Source: a virus. Taken from it: DNA of 64,000 bases. Shown one piece after another: positions 45,683 to 55,514 of this stretch (positions within the stretch are counted from its first letter, which is position 1; each line of letters begins with the position of its first letter). The stretch lies in the IMG/VR virus record IMGVR_UViG_3300022934_000003. One strand, 5' to 3'. The notes below the pieces were generated by a model. It did not search any database, had not been told where the DNA came from, and saw only the letters and a program-made list of their open reading frames with translations. Position numbers and translations under genes: made by a program.

Positions 45683-47193
45683 GAGTATGTTGTAAGAGAT
45701 TTATCTCTCTTAATTCCATAAATTAGAATCATTAATGCGAATATTAAGCAACCTGTCATTATAGGATGCATACTCCATATAGGATTATTTATGTAGTTTC
45801 CATCCATAAAATATAGTTGTTGTATTTGAAAGAATGAACCTTCAAGTCTCTCTGCTAAGAAATATGCAATTAAAAATGCCGGACGACTAAATTCATATTT
45901 CTTCATATAGTAACCAAGTATACTAAAGAATGTGAGTAATGTTAAATCCTCCCACCAAGTTACATAATAATTAGCCGCTAATACAGACCATATTGTTAAT
46001 CCTGCCATTACAGGAACCCAATAGATTGGTTTTAAATAAACTATTTTTGATACTTGTCTTGCAAATAATAAGAGTACAATACCAGCGATTGCAGTACCTA
46101 ACATGTATCCCCAGTATAAATGATCTATAAATTGCTGATCTTCTACTAAAGCAACCGTGCCCATTTCAAAGCCTACATACATGAAAAGAGCCATGATAAT
46201 TGCAACACCACGATTGCCTGGAATACCAAATAAGAATGCAGGAAGAAGTGCTCCAGCTTTACCGGAATTATTTGCACCCTCACTGCCAATTACACCTTTA
46301 ATATTACCTTTACCAAATGGAATTTTTTCTTTTTTAGAAATAGCAGTTGTTGCAGTATATGCAGACCAATCTCCTATTCCTCCACCAGTTCCGGGTAATA
46401 CACCTACAATAAAACCAATAAGTGAACCTTGAAATGCAATCCACCCATGTTTAAATGTATCTTTAATGCCCTGCCAAGTTTGTTGATTATGATGTTTCTT
46501 ATCAATCTTAGAATATTCATTTTTATTTCTTAGAACTTCTAATAATTCTGGCATTGCAAATAAACCGGCGGTGACAATAACTATTGATACGCCATCAACT
46601 AGATATTCCCATCCACCAGTCCATCTTGGAGTCGAGTACATATCATAACCAATTAATCCTACAAACAAACCAAATGCTAATGCAATTAAACAACGTATTG
46701 CATAGCGAGTAGTAATAAGAGTAATAAGTGAGAAGGATAAAACAATCATACCAAATATTTCTGGTACACTTATATAATCACTAATCAGATTGTACATTGG
46801 AAACAAAGAGAATCCAACAACTCCAAACAATAATCCACCAAGTGTAGAAGTGGTTATTGCTGCTGACAATGCGTATGATGCTTTACCTTGTTTCGCGAGA
46901 GGGAAACCATCTACCATTGTCGCTGCGGTTCCATCAGCTCCTGGGATGCCAATGAGTACCGAAGCAAATGAATCGCCAATAGAACACGATACCATTACTG
47001 CAATTGCAAATAATACAAATAAGTATTCTGCTCCAGGAATATCAAATAATTGAACTAATCCAAAGAGTAGTATTAATGCTTTTGCTGGACCAGCAGAAGG
47101 TATTAGACCAATAAGAGATCCATATAATACTCCTGCTGTAATAATGATACCCCACTGCAAATACAGTGGGAGCGAAATGAGTGATTCAATCAT
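45679..47193 (-). CDS. tctA: tripartite tricarboxylate transporter large subunit TctA
   Basis: SVLIGIPG, TMVDGFPLAKQGKA, GVLPGTGG, EGANNS, FGIPG; multi-TM. Confidence 0.9.
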   Translation of the reverse strand: MIESLISLPLYLQWGIIITAGVLYGSLIGLIPSAGPAKALILLFGLVQLFDIPGAEYLFVLFAIAVMVSCSIGDSFASVLIGIPGADGTAATMVDGFPLAKQGKASYALSAAITTSTLGGLLFGVVGFSLFPMYNLISDYISVPEIFGMIVLSFSLITLITTRYAIRCLIALAFGLFVGLIGYDMYSTPRWTGGWEYLVDGVSIVIVTAGLFAMPELLEVLRNKNEYSKIDKKHHNQQTWQGIKDTFKHGWIAFQGSLIGFIVGVLPGTGGGIGDWSAYTATTAISKKEKIPFGKGNIKGVIGSEGANNSGKAGALLPAFLFGIPGNRGVAIIMALFMYVGFEMGTVALVEDQQFIDHLYWGYMLGTAIAGIVLLLFARQVSKIVYLKPIYWVPVMAGLTIWSVLAANYYVTWWEDLTLLTFFSILGYYMKKYEFSRPAFLIAYFLAERLEGSFFQIQQLYFMDGNYINNPIWSMHPIMTGCLIFALMILIYGIKRDKSLTTYS

Positions 47194-48236
47194 TACTTCT
47201 TAACGTCGTATCTGAACCAGTCTTTAGCGATTTTTAATAGATTTTTAGAATTTTCTTCTGTTTTAATACTAGTAATATATTCAGAGTGTGTTGATGCGTC
47301 TTTAGCACCTAACCAAGGATAGTTACCAAGTTTCTTTTGAAGTCTTGCGACAGCATCTTTATCTTCTAACATTTTACTAATTGCTTTATTCATATCATCT
47401 TTATATGGATTATCTTTATGAGTAAAGATTGCTTTTTGCAATCCATCACGATATGCTTGATTTAAACGATAAGCGTCATATACTTCACCAGAAGGATCTA
47501 CGCCATATTGAAGTTTATATGCTTCTTCAAATGTTTGCTTACCTTTTTCGTTATTCGGATCACCGTATTTTCCATTCTTATCAACAATACCATGTGAATA
47601 CCAAACTACATGAGTACCTGCTTTATATTGTCTTTCAGAAGCAGCTAAAGCAGAAGCCATCGTATCACGACTACCTTGTAGTAACTGATCATTAAATGCT
47701 TTACGTCTCACACCACCTTTTTTGAAACCACCGACTAAACGCATTTTCTTATTAACACATTGTAGGAAAGTATCAACCTTTGCAGATTTTTCTGGACCAC
47801 ATTCCATCATACCAACTGAAATCCAATCAGGACCAAACCCAGATCCACCATCAAGTGGGAATGTCATTACACCTTTACGATTAGCAACTTTCGAAATCCA
47901 CATTGATGAGTTCATTACGACCATTGCATCATATTTTGCATAATCGAAATCACCAACATTTTCCAGTAGGAAAGCTTCTGCATTACCACCGTGTGTAATA
48001 AGTAGTGTTGATTTATCTGTCGAAGAATACGACTTTAAAGATTTTTTACCACGAGCACCTGATACAAATCTTGGTACTAAAGTGTGGTCAGTATAGTTTT
48101 GAAGTTCTTTTACAACTGTATCACCCCATAGAGTGGTACCTTGTGCTCCAGGTTTAGATGGATATTGAACTTCGATTGTTGCTGCAGAAGCAGCTGTTGC
48201 GAAACAAATCGCAAAAAGCGCGATTAATTTTTTCAT
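47193..48236 (-). CDS. periplasmic substrate-binding protein (divergent TctC/Bug-like)
   Basis: signal peptide MKKLIALFAICFATAASA; PSKPG..GT..WG, SGARG; adjacent to tctA. Confidence 0.7.
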   Translation of the reverse strand: MKKLIALFAICFATAASAATIEVQYPSKPGAQGTTLWGDTVVKELQNYTDHTLVPRFVSGARGKKSLKSYSSTDKSTLLITHGGNAEAFLLENVGDFDYAKYDAMVVMNSSMWISKVANRKGVMTFPLDGGSGFGPDWISVGMMECGPEKSAKVDTFLQCVNKKMRLVGGFKKGGVRRKAFNDQLLQGSRDTMASALAASERQYKAGTHVVWYSHGIVDKNGKYGDPNNEKGKQTFEEAYKLQYGVDPSGEVYDAYRLNQAYRDGLQKAIFTHKDNPYKDDMNKAISKMLEDKDAVARLQKKLGNYPWLGAKDASTHSEYITSIKTEENSKNLLKIAKDWFRYDVKK

Positions 48237-48248
48237 TATTTACCTCAT

Positions 48249-48893
48249 TCATATTTTTGTTACACTTATATAAACATCATCATGCTTATTATATTCAAAT
48301 GTGATTGCTTTTGAATAATCATAACCTCGTATATCTCTAAATGATTCAACAGCATCAAATAGTTTCCATTCAAGCTTATGTTTCTTAGCAAACATATCTA
48401 TATATGCATCTTCTTCGATTAAAAGTTTTTGCATAGTTTCACGATCTTTATACATCTCAACATAAGATGGATACTTATCGTCTTCGAAACTCATAATTGA
48501 GTCCCACCATTTAAAAGATTCTATTGGATCTCTTTTTATAAGAACCATATAGTCACCTTTAAAATTGTCCCAGATAAAATCTAAATTATTATTTCTTGCG
48601 AGTGCATGTGATTTAATAACTCGATAGCCTTCACCTGTAAATTCTTTATTAATCTCATCGAGAATATTTTCTTTTCCAACATCTTTGAGGTTAGTCCAAG
48701 AATGACCGCATGTCATTCCCGGACCCCAGTAAATACCTCTATGACCGTTGAATTTGTATCCTCTATCATTTGCTTTGTGAAAGAAGATACGATCTTCGGT
48801 TTCGTCGGTTTGATCACAAGGTAGACAGTGTCGAATACATATATCTATTCCACTCCATCTACTGCCTGGAATCCCACAAAACCAAATATTCAT
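48249..48893 (-). CDS. P-loop sulfotransferase-like protein (paralog A)
   Basis: GIPGSRWS, VIKSH, KRDP; similar to 50977..51660. Confidence 0.5.
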   Translation of the reverse strand: MNIWFCGIPGSRWSGIDICIRHCLPCDQTDETEDRIFFHKANDRGYKFNGHRGIYWGPGMTCGHSWTNLKDVGKENILDEINKEFTGEGYRVIKSHALARNNNLDFIWDNFKGDYMVLIKRDPIESFKWWDSIMSFEDDKYPSYVEMYKDRETMQKLLIEEDAYIDMFAKKHKLEWKLFDAVESFRDIRGYDYSKAITFEYNKHDDVYISVTKI

Positions 48894-48898
48894 AATAT

Positions 48899-48907
48899 AT
48901 TATACCA
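48899..48907 (-). promoter_or_regulatory. extended -10 promoter TGG-TATAAT; predicts a leaderless mRNA
   Basis: attata 48899-48904 preceded by TGG; ATG 5 nt downstream; no SD. Confidence 0.5.
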
Positions 48908-48912
48908 TAGTT

Positions 48913-49776
48913 TTAAGCGAAAGAGAAATTATTTATCGCAATTTCATCCGCTACGTCATGCTCCTTGAATTGACCTCTTGCAACTGGCTTCCAGTTAAAG
49001 CTAGCATCTCTAAGAGTTTGCCATACTTTACCTTTTTCTTTCATCTTCTCATCAGAAGTATCAAAGCCATAAACTGAAGCACATCTCTCGGCACCTTCTT
49101 TAACAGCTGCAGTACCTTGGCAATTAATCCAAAACATTCTTTCCATCATTTGTGGAAGTACAGCCATTACTTTAGCCTGAGCTTCTTCAGTTGTAGCAAG
49201 TTGTTCAATAGTTCTTGCTCCAATTCTTGAGTGCATATACTCATCTTTAGAAATCTTTGCATAAGTTTTAGAAACGATTGGATCATCGATTGATGTAGCC
49301 ATTGCATTCCATACTCTTGCTGCTCTACCTTCTGCAACAAATTGGTATACTGCAGCCATTAGTTCATCTTTGTGACCACCAATTTCTTCGAATAGAGAAG
49401 CACCTTTTTCAGATACTTTAGACTTATCCATTTGCCATGCATATTCTTGCTCTAGTTCTTGATCAGTAAACTTATGTCCTGATAGATATTCGATTACGTT
49501 ACGAACCATATCGTAATGTTTAGCTTCATCATAGACTTGCTTTGATAAAAGCTTAAGTGTAGTAGGATCAGTTGAAGCAGGCTTTTCAACTAGTGCTTTA
49601 CCAATCTCTACGATGTTCATTCTTTCATTAAACATTCTACGTTTAAAATGAAAAATTGCCTCGTCCAAATCTGGATCGTTACGGAAATATGTTTGAGTTT
49701 GCTCTTCAGATGATTTATACAAAGGCTCAATATAATCTGCAACTTTTTGGACAAATTCTTTACCGGTCATTGTCAT
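48913..49776 (-). CDS. ferritin-like di-iron protein
   Basis: NERMN...DEAKH...AEGRA...DEYMH (two E..ExxH halves). Confidence 0.75.
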   Translation of the reverse strand: MTMTGKEFVQKVADYIEPLYKSSEEQTQTYFRNDPDLDEAIFHFKRRMFNERMNIVEIGKALVEKPASTDPTTLKLLSKQVYDEAKHYDMVRNVIEYLSGHKFTDQELEQEYAWQMDKSKVSEKGASLFEEIGGHKDELMAAVYQFVAEGRAARVWNAMATSIDDPIVSKTYAKISKDEYMHSRIGARTIEQLATTEEAQAKVMAVLPQMMERMFWINCQGTAAVKEGAERCASVYGFDTSDEKMKEKGKVWQTLRDASFNWKPVARGQFKEHDVADEIAINNFSFA

Positions 49777-50332
49777 TTGTATTTACTCCTATATATTTTT
49801 TTATTTCGTCAGGTACCCAAAAATCTTCTTCTCTTTCTGGATGCCAAACAACGGCCATTACGTTACCTTTAATCCAAGATTCTATATGACCATCTTCATC
49901 TCTTACCAAAACTTCAGAATCTTCAGGTTCTTTAACTATAGTAGAACCATGATATGAATTTATTGTTCTACTAGTATATTTATATGTTATTTTATGTCTT
50001 GTTCTTCTATGACCTTCTATATCTATTAATTTGCCATCCATTAATTGAGTTAATAAAAAAGCTCCGTGGCAAATACCTAATATTGGTTTATTAAGTAATC
50101 TAAAATGTTTTAAAGCATCTATCTCAGTAATTATTCTTTGTGGTGTATCATTTCCACCTGATAAAACTAATAAATCATGCTCTTTTGCTAATTTTTTATA
50201 ACTATTTTTTCTATTTAATAAAGCAGTGATATCATGATCTCTAAACATTTGATAAAATCCATGTTCGATGGCATCAAATGTAAAGTCTGGATTTATTCCG
50301 GGTAGTATTGTACTAGAAATTAATACTTTCAT
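49760..50332 (-). CDS. class I glutamine amidotransferase / peptidase C26-like protein
   Basis: LSGGND, PILGICHG, NSYH, WHPE. Confidence 0.85.
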   Translation of the reverse strand: MKVLISSTILPGINPDFTFDAIEHGFYQMFRDHDITALLNRKNSYKKLAKEHDLLVLSGGNDTPQRIITEIDALKHFRLLNKPILGICHGAFLLTQLMDGKLIDIEGHRRTRHKITYKYTSRTINSYHGSTIVKEPEDSEVLVRDEDGHIESWIKGNVMAVVWHPEREEDFWVPDEIKKYIGVNTNDNDR

Positions 50333-50967
50333 TATAAACCGTTTTTAATAATTTCCCATGTTTTTTCCGTTGCTTCGCCTGTAATTTGCAATGCTGGTCT
50401 AGCAATCCAAGATGCGTTTGCAGTAGAATGAGGAGTAGTATTAAATTCCCAATGAAAGACTGTACCTTTTTTCCATTGAGTATAAGTTCTATTACCAAAC
50501 TGGGCCATTTGTCCAGGCTCCCAATCTGCAAGCATTACTAAGAATCTTACTCTATTATCTAAATGTTCTTTTGCATATACTTTTTCTTTATCTGGCATGT
50601 CTGGAAAATTATCTACATGTTCCATTAAAATATGACCAGGTAATTGATCATTGAATTTAAATTTTGTGTCACCAACTAAATGGAATAAATCAAAAATAAG
50701 ATGAAACTTTGGAAATTCTTCGAATGTTTTTAATTCAAGTTTACTAAACATTTTAGTATTAGCACCAACTTCATCTTTTAATTTTTCTTTAATCTCAGGA
50801 TAAACTTCATAAATTCCACGAGCACTATACCATTTTTCTTTTGGATTTTTACTTCTAGCTTTTGCGATTTCATCTTCTAAATCATAATCAAGCACACCAA
50901 GAATTTTAGAGTGTCGTCCTTCTGGATCTTCTTTCCACTTATCATAATGATATTTTTCTAATTGCAT
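50332..50967 (-). CDS. 2OG-Fe(II) oxygenase-like protein
   Basis: QLPG..MEHVD, DWEPGQ, PHSTAN, RPALQITG. Confidence 0.65.
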   Translation of the reverse strand: MQLEKYHYDKWKEDPEGRHSKILGVLDYDLEDEIAKARSKNPKEKWYSARGIYEVYPEIKEKLKDEVGANTKMFSKLELKTFEEFPKFHLIFDLFHLVGDTKFKFNDQLPGHILMEHVDNFPDMPDKEKVYAKEHLDNRVRFLVMLADWEPGQMAQFGNRTYTQWKKGTVFHWEFNTTPHSTANASWIARPALQITGEATEKTWEIIKNGL

Positions 50968-50976
50968 GCGTATTTC

Positions 50977-51660
50977 CTAAATATGTGTAATACTATTTAT
51001 TCCGCGATATAAAACAGGCCAAAGTGTTTTATCTTCTTCTTTTCTTAATTTATGATGATATGTTTTATTCTTTGGTAAATAATCTTTCCATTCAGGCCAA
51101 TTTTCATCTATCCAATCAGGCATATCCCAAAGATTATAATTCATTTGTAGATTATTTTCTTTAATGAATTTTTCCATACATTCATTCTCAATAAAGATTT
51201 GACGTCTCATATTTGATGTATTTCCATACCAATGATATTGTGGATATTGAATATCCCAACCACCAGATTCTAACCACCAATTTAATGACATTTGTGGTTC
51301 TCTCATCATCATTAATATATCAACTTCTGGTAAATTTTCTTTTATCCAATCTAATTGATAAGCAAACCAATGACATCTTACAAATCTAATTCCATCACCA
51401 TCAAATGCTCTATCAATTTCTTGCAATATAGCATCTCTCCCCATTAATGCTAATTGATCGAATCTTTCTCCATATTGATGATATGGTCCAAAGAATCTAT
51501 GATAATGTTCAGTACCATTACTTGGTGTATCTTGTAAATGAGGCATCCAACATGAATTATCAATTATATTAGAAGTTTCATTTCTTAAAATGTATTCAAG
51601 TCTTCCCCATCGAGATCCGGGTACACCTGTTATAAAAACTATTTTCTTTTCCATCGCCAT
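50977..51660 (-). CDS. P-loop sulfotransferase-like protein (paralog B)
   Basis: GVPGSRWG, VRCH, REP..S..WW, YPQY. Confidence 0.5.
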   Translation of the reverse strand: MAMEKKIVFITGVPGSRWGRLEYILRNETSNIIDNSCWMPHLQDTPSNGTEHYHRFFGPYHQYGERFDQLALMGRDAILQEIDRAFDGDGIRFVRCHWFAYQLDWIKENLPEVDILMMMREPQMSLNWWLESGGWDIQYPQYHWYGNTSNMRRQIFIENECMEKFIKENNLQMNYNLWDMPDWIDENWPEWKDYLPKNKTYHHKLRKEEDKTLWPVLYRGINSITHI

Positions 51661-52247
51661 ACAAATAATCTCATTATTGCTTCTTCATCTGCTTGTCCAG
51701 GAGCTCCGATTTTACCCGCAGCAGCCGTTTCTTCTATTGGTTCATGTATCCATTCAACTTTATCTTTATACTTTTCATATACCTGATAAACTTCATCTAA
51801 TGTCCAACCATGATGTCTAAATGCTTTTTGATTACGAACTATTTTTCTTTCACTTAATTGTCTTGCTCTTATAATTAATTTTCCACCAGGTTTTACTAAA
51901 TCAATCATAATACCAATTTGATTCATAATATTATCAAACTCACCAAAGTTAACTGAGCCTAATGCAATTACACAATCTGCACAACCGGGTTGAAATATAT
52001 TTGATGCTTCTTCGACAGACATTGTTAAATCTGACTCTGGATAATGTGCAACATCTAAACCAATTAAATTTTTTACATGTTCTTTATATGGATTAATACC
52101 ACAACCAACGTCAATAACTAATCCTTCTATTTCTTTTAATTCATCTACTAAATTCATATTAGTTTTTGAATGTGTTAAGAATTTTTCCTTTGTATATGGA
52201 AATTCTTCAAATTGTTGTTTTACTTGTTCTAACAATCGTCTATTCAT
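51639..52247 (-). CDS. class I SAM methyltransferase-like protein (paralog 3)
   Basis: DVGCGINPYK...LIGLD, ALGSVNFG, KPGG. Confidence 0.8.
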   Translation of the reverse strand: MNRRLLEQVKQQFEEFPYTKEKFLTHSKTNMNLVDELKEIEGLVIDVGCGINPYKEHVKNLIGLDVAHYPESDLTMSVEEASNIFQPGCADCVIALGSVNFGEFDNIMNQIGIMIDLVKPGGKLIIRARQLSERKIVRNQKAFRHHGWTLDEVYQVYEKYKDKVEWIHEPIEETAAAGKIGAPGQADEEAIMRLFVWRWKRK

Positions 52248-53121
52248 ATTTTTTCCACCACCAATTAAATCTAGGTCTTACACCATCAGGGAATGTAGGA
52301 TCATACCTATCGTCTTTTAATCTTCTGTATCTTTCATTATAACATACATGTCTAATGTGATCATAGGTTTCATATACTTCGGTAGGATCTAGCATTTCTG
52401 AATTATCAGTTTGACGATCTATCCATCTATTCCATTCGTCAACTGTTGTAGTTTCTGGAGTATATCTATCACAATAAGATTCTAATACCTCCCACGGTAC
52501 TTGTTTCATATCAGTAAATTCTGTAATAATATCCTGTTTTAAATCTGGTACAGAAGGATTAGGATCAAGTAATTCTAAATCTAATTCATTTGAGAATTGG
52601 CGAATAGCATCTCTTGTCCAAGGATAATGAATCATACCACGCTGCTGAAATTGTGTTTCATCTGATATTCTACCAGGTCTCGCGTGTGAGCATATTAACC
52701 CGCCTGGCTTTAATACGCGTTTGCATTCTAATATTAATTCTACTATCTCATCTTTTGTTCCAAAATTAAAAGGACCAACAGATCTAATAGCATCTACAGA
52801 ATTATCTTTAAAGCGTGGAAGGATATCCATTACATCACCAACAATATCAGCATTGCCATTATATGGTAATAAATCTATTCCGATTAAATTAGGAATATAT
52901 TGTTTCATCATATTATTACCACAACCAATATCAAGTACTAAACCTGGATTTAGTTTATTAATAACTCTTGCTGCAGTATAACCAGATCCAGTTTTTGCTG
53001 GACTTGTTACACGAATAATCTCTGCCCAATCTTGTGAGAAGTGATCTTTAAGTCTTTCTAATCTCCATTCACGTGGAGATTTACCAACTTCTATAGCGTC
53101 GTATCTTTTTCCCATATCCAA
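52240..53121 (-). CDS. class I SAM methyltransferase-like protein (paralog 2)
   Basis: LDIGCGNN...LIGID, GPFNFG, RVLKPGG. Confidence 0.8.
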   Translation of the reverse strand: MDMGKRYDAIEVGKSPREWRLERLKDHFSQDWAEIIRVTSPAKTGSGYTAARVINKLNPGLVLDIGCGNNMMKQYIPNLIGIDLLPYNGNADIVGDVMDILPRFKDNSVDAIRSVGPFNFGTKDEIVELILECKRVLKPGGLICSHARPGRISDETQFQQRGMIHYPWTRDAIRQFSNELDLELLDPNPSVPDLKQDIITEFTDMKQVPWEVLESYCDRYTPETTTVDEWNRWIDRQTDNSEMLDPTEVYETYDHIRHVCYNERYRRLKDDRYDPTFPDGVRPRFNWWWKKYE

Positions 53122-53804
53122 AATAACCTTTCTCTAATTCTGCCATTCACTACTTTATCTTTTATTTCAATATCATTTGGAACTAAACTTAAATCTGTAT
53201 AATCAATAATAGGTTCTTGATAATATTTTAATTTGTGTTCTTTTGTAAAAATGTGGGTTGTTTCAACAAACCAAGGATATAAATTTGCAGGTTTACCAAA
53301 CTCTGGATGATATAATTTTTCGGGATCGTCATCGTAAGGTTTACATAAACATGCTATATAACCACCTGGTTTAGTTAAATATTTTAATTGTTGAATCATT
53401 TTATGTATTGTTACTTCGTCATGATGATGTAATATTCCAATTGCTAATACCCAATCAAATGATTCTTTTTGAAATATATTACAAGCTCCTTCTAAATCTA
53501 TATTAATATCGGGATTACCCCAAGTTCCAGGTTCAATACCAATTAAGTTTTTGATTTTATTCTTAAATGGATTTACACCACATCCAACATCTAATACTAA
53601 AGCATCTTTACCAGAATTATGTCTTATATTTCTTAATAACCATTTTCCAGTATATTTTCTTGTATCATATGTAAATTGACCAATATAATCATCATAGCCA
53701 ACTTCATCTTTTTTATATCTATCTTGCCAGTCTTTTGTTCTTTCTTCTATTGGTTTATTCCACCAATTTGGTAATTCAACTTTGCCAGTAATATCAGTCG
53801 TCAT
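53091..53804 (-). CDS. class I SAM methyltransferase-like protein (paralog 1)
   Basis: LDVGCGVNPFK, SFDWVLAIGILHH, KPGG. Confidence 0.8.
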   Translation of the reverse strand: MTTDITGKVELPNWWNKPIEERTKDWQDRYKKDEVGYDDYIGQFTYDTRKYTGKWLLRNIRHNSGKDALVLDVGCGVNPFKNKIKNLIGIEPGTWGNPDINIDLEGACNIFQKESFDWVLAIGILHHHDEVTIHKMIQQLKYLTKPGGYIACLCKPYDDDPEKLYHPEFGKPANLYPWFVETTHIFTKEHKLKYYQEPIIDYTDLSLVPNDIEIKDKVVNGRIRERLFWIWEKDTTL

Positions 53805-54732
53805 AATTTATAGACTCGGTCATTTCATCGTAAAATTGTTTCATATCAATTTCTTTAACGATTTTCATTTTTCTTACATTAAATTTATCTGAGCCTTCAT
53901 TCTCTATAATATCTTTTACTTGGAACTTAGCTTGGAACAATTTATAATCTCCATAAGCACCGCATGATACCCATTCTTTTAGTACCCAATCCATAGAAGC
54001 AACTGCCATTCCAGTATTATGCTTTGGATGTAATGGAACATGTTTACCATCTTGGTTTTCAGCATCAAATGTTTTACCAACTTCGTATGTAATTTTTGGA
54101 TGATAGATTCCTCTACCATCTGCAGCAGTTAATTTATATCCAATGACCCATTCATTTGGTTCCATAAAATCATATTGTAATGCTGCATCATGAAAAAATC
54201 TAGGTGTATTTGTCCAATGAAAAGAAGTATTACGAGTAATCATACCACGCATTCTATTTTTATCAAAGAATGAACCTTGGAAATCTGATTTTCTTGCGTT
54301 TACTTTACGGAAATCATTTGCAATAAATGTAGAATCGGGAGCAATTAAATGTTGTAAATCTGCTCCAATGAAATTACAATCTTGAAGTGTAAGTTCTTTA
54401 GCCCAACATTCTGTCATATAACCTTCACGTAAATTACAATTTATAAATGTTGCACCATCTAATTGACATCTTTTAAAGATCGCAGATCTTAAACCAACTT
54501 TATAGAATGTAGCACCACGTAAATCAGATCCAGTAAAATCACAACCGTCCATTACTAATCCATCAAAGCTTACACCTCTAAAGTCTTGATTTCTAAAATC
54601 ACAATTCTTAAATTTGTATTTACCATCACCGGCTGTTCGGTCATGCTGAGTTGTTGTAAGATTTTCTCCTATTGCAATAATATCAAGTAAATCTTCATCA
54701 TATTTTAATTTTCCATTTCTTGTATAAATCAT
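53794..54732 (-). CDS. pentapeptide-repeat protein with a C-terminal domain
   Basis: CDFRN-QDFRG-VSFDG...CDFTG-SDLRG-ATFYK... Confidence 0.85.
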   Translation of the reverse strand: MIYTRNGKLKYDEDLLDIIAIGENLTTTQHDRTAGDGKYKFKNCDFRNQDFRGVSFDGLVMDGCDFTGSDLRGATFYKVGLRSAIFKRCQLDGATFINCNLREGYMTECWAKELTLQDCNFIGADLQHLIAPDSTFIANDFRKVNARKSDFQGSFFDKNRMRGMITRNTSFHWTNTPRFFHDAALQYDFMEPNEWVIGYKLTAADGRGIYHPKITYEVGKTFDAENQDGKHVPLHPKHNTGMAVASMDWVLKEWVSCGAYGDYKLFQAKFQVKDIIENEGSDKFNVRKMKIVKEIDMKQFYDEMTESINYDD

Positions 54733-55514
54733 AATACTAACCTTACGTATTTGTTTTCTTCATAATCTTTATCACAGGTAAATCCAGCTGCTGTAAAAGC
54801 ATAAATAAATTTTTTACTCGGTAAACTCCAAACTTCTTTACAAAAATGTAATTTTGCTTGATTTATCACTTCTTCGAGTAATAATTTAGATAATCCCATT
54901 CCTCTATAATTGGGATCTACCCATAATCCTCGTGATCGATAATACATACCAGTAGCATAACCCGAGTTAACTCCAATAAGTTTATTATTATCATATAAAC
55001 CGAAAAAGTCTGGTTCGTCTGTTGCAGGAGGATAATTAGAATCTACATGCACTTTAAAAGAGTCTAAGCCAGGCCATAATTTATTATCCCATATTTCTTT
55101 TATTTCCTTAAAAGAAATTTCTTTTATTTTAAATTCATATCCTAATAATGTAGAAATAGGTGTATTATATTTTGGATTGACGAGCTTAGTTGTTGGTTTG
55201 ATTTGTTTTAATTGACCAAAGTTTTTAATAACTTCTATTGTATTTTCTATATCATTAGAAATAAATTTATCAATCACAAATAAATGTGTTACATTATTAA
55301 CCATATCTAAATGATCAGTACCTATTGCAATTACATCTAATTTATCTGTTTTTATTTGTTCCCAAATAAAATTTCGTACTTTTTCGTCTTTAGGCCAAGT
55401 ATAATCAGCAGTTACTATAATAGATTCTATATTATGAGGAAATATATTTTCTCTATAATAAGTTGCTGCTATATCATTCTTTAAAAAGATTACATTATTA
55501 ATATCAAGTTCCAC
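54729..55514 (-). CDS. protein with C-terminal GNAT acetyltransferase domain
   Basis: RSRGLWVDPNYRGMGLSKLLL. Confidence 0.75.
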   Translation of the reverse strand: MELDINNVIFLKNDIAATYYRENIFPHNIESIIVTADYTWPKDEKVRNFIWEQIKTDKLDVIAIGTDHLDMVNNVTHLFVIDKFISNDIENTIEVIKNFGQLKQIKPTTKLVNPKYNTPISTLLGYEFKIKEISFKEIKEIWDNKLWPGLDSFKVHVDSNYPPATDEPDFFGLYDNNKLIGVNSGYATGMYYRSRGLWVDPNYRGMGLSKLLLEEVINQAKLHFCKEVWSLPSKKFIYAFTAAGFTCDKDYEENKYVRLVL

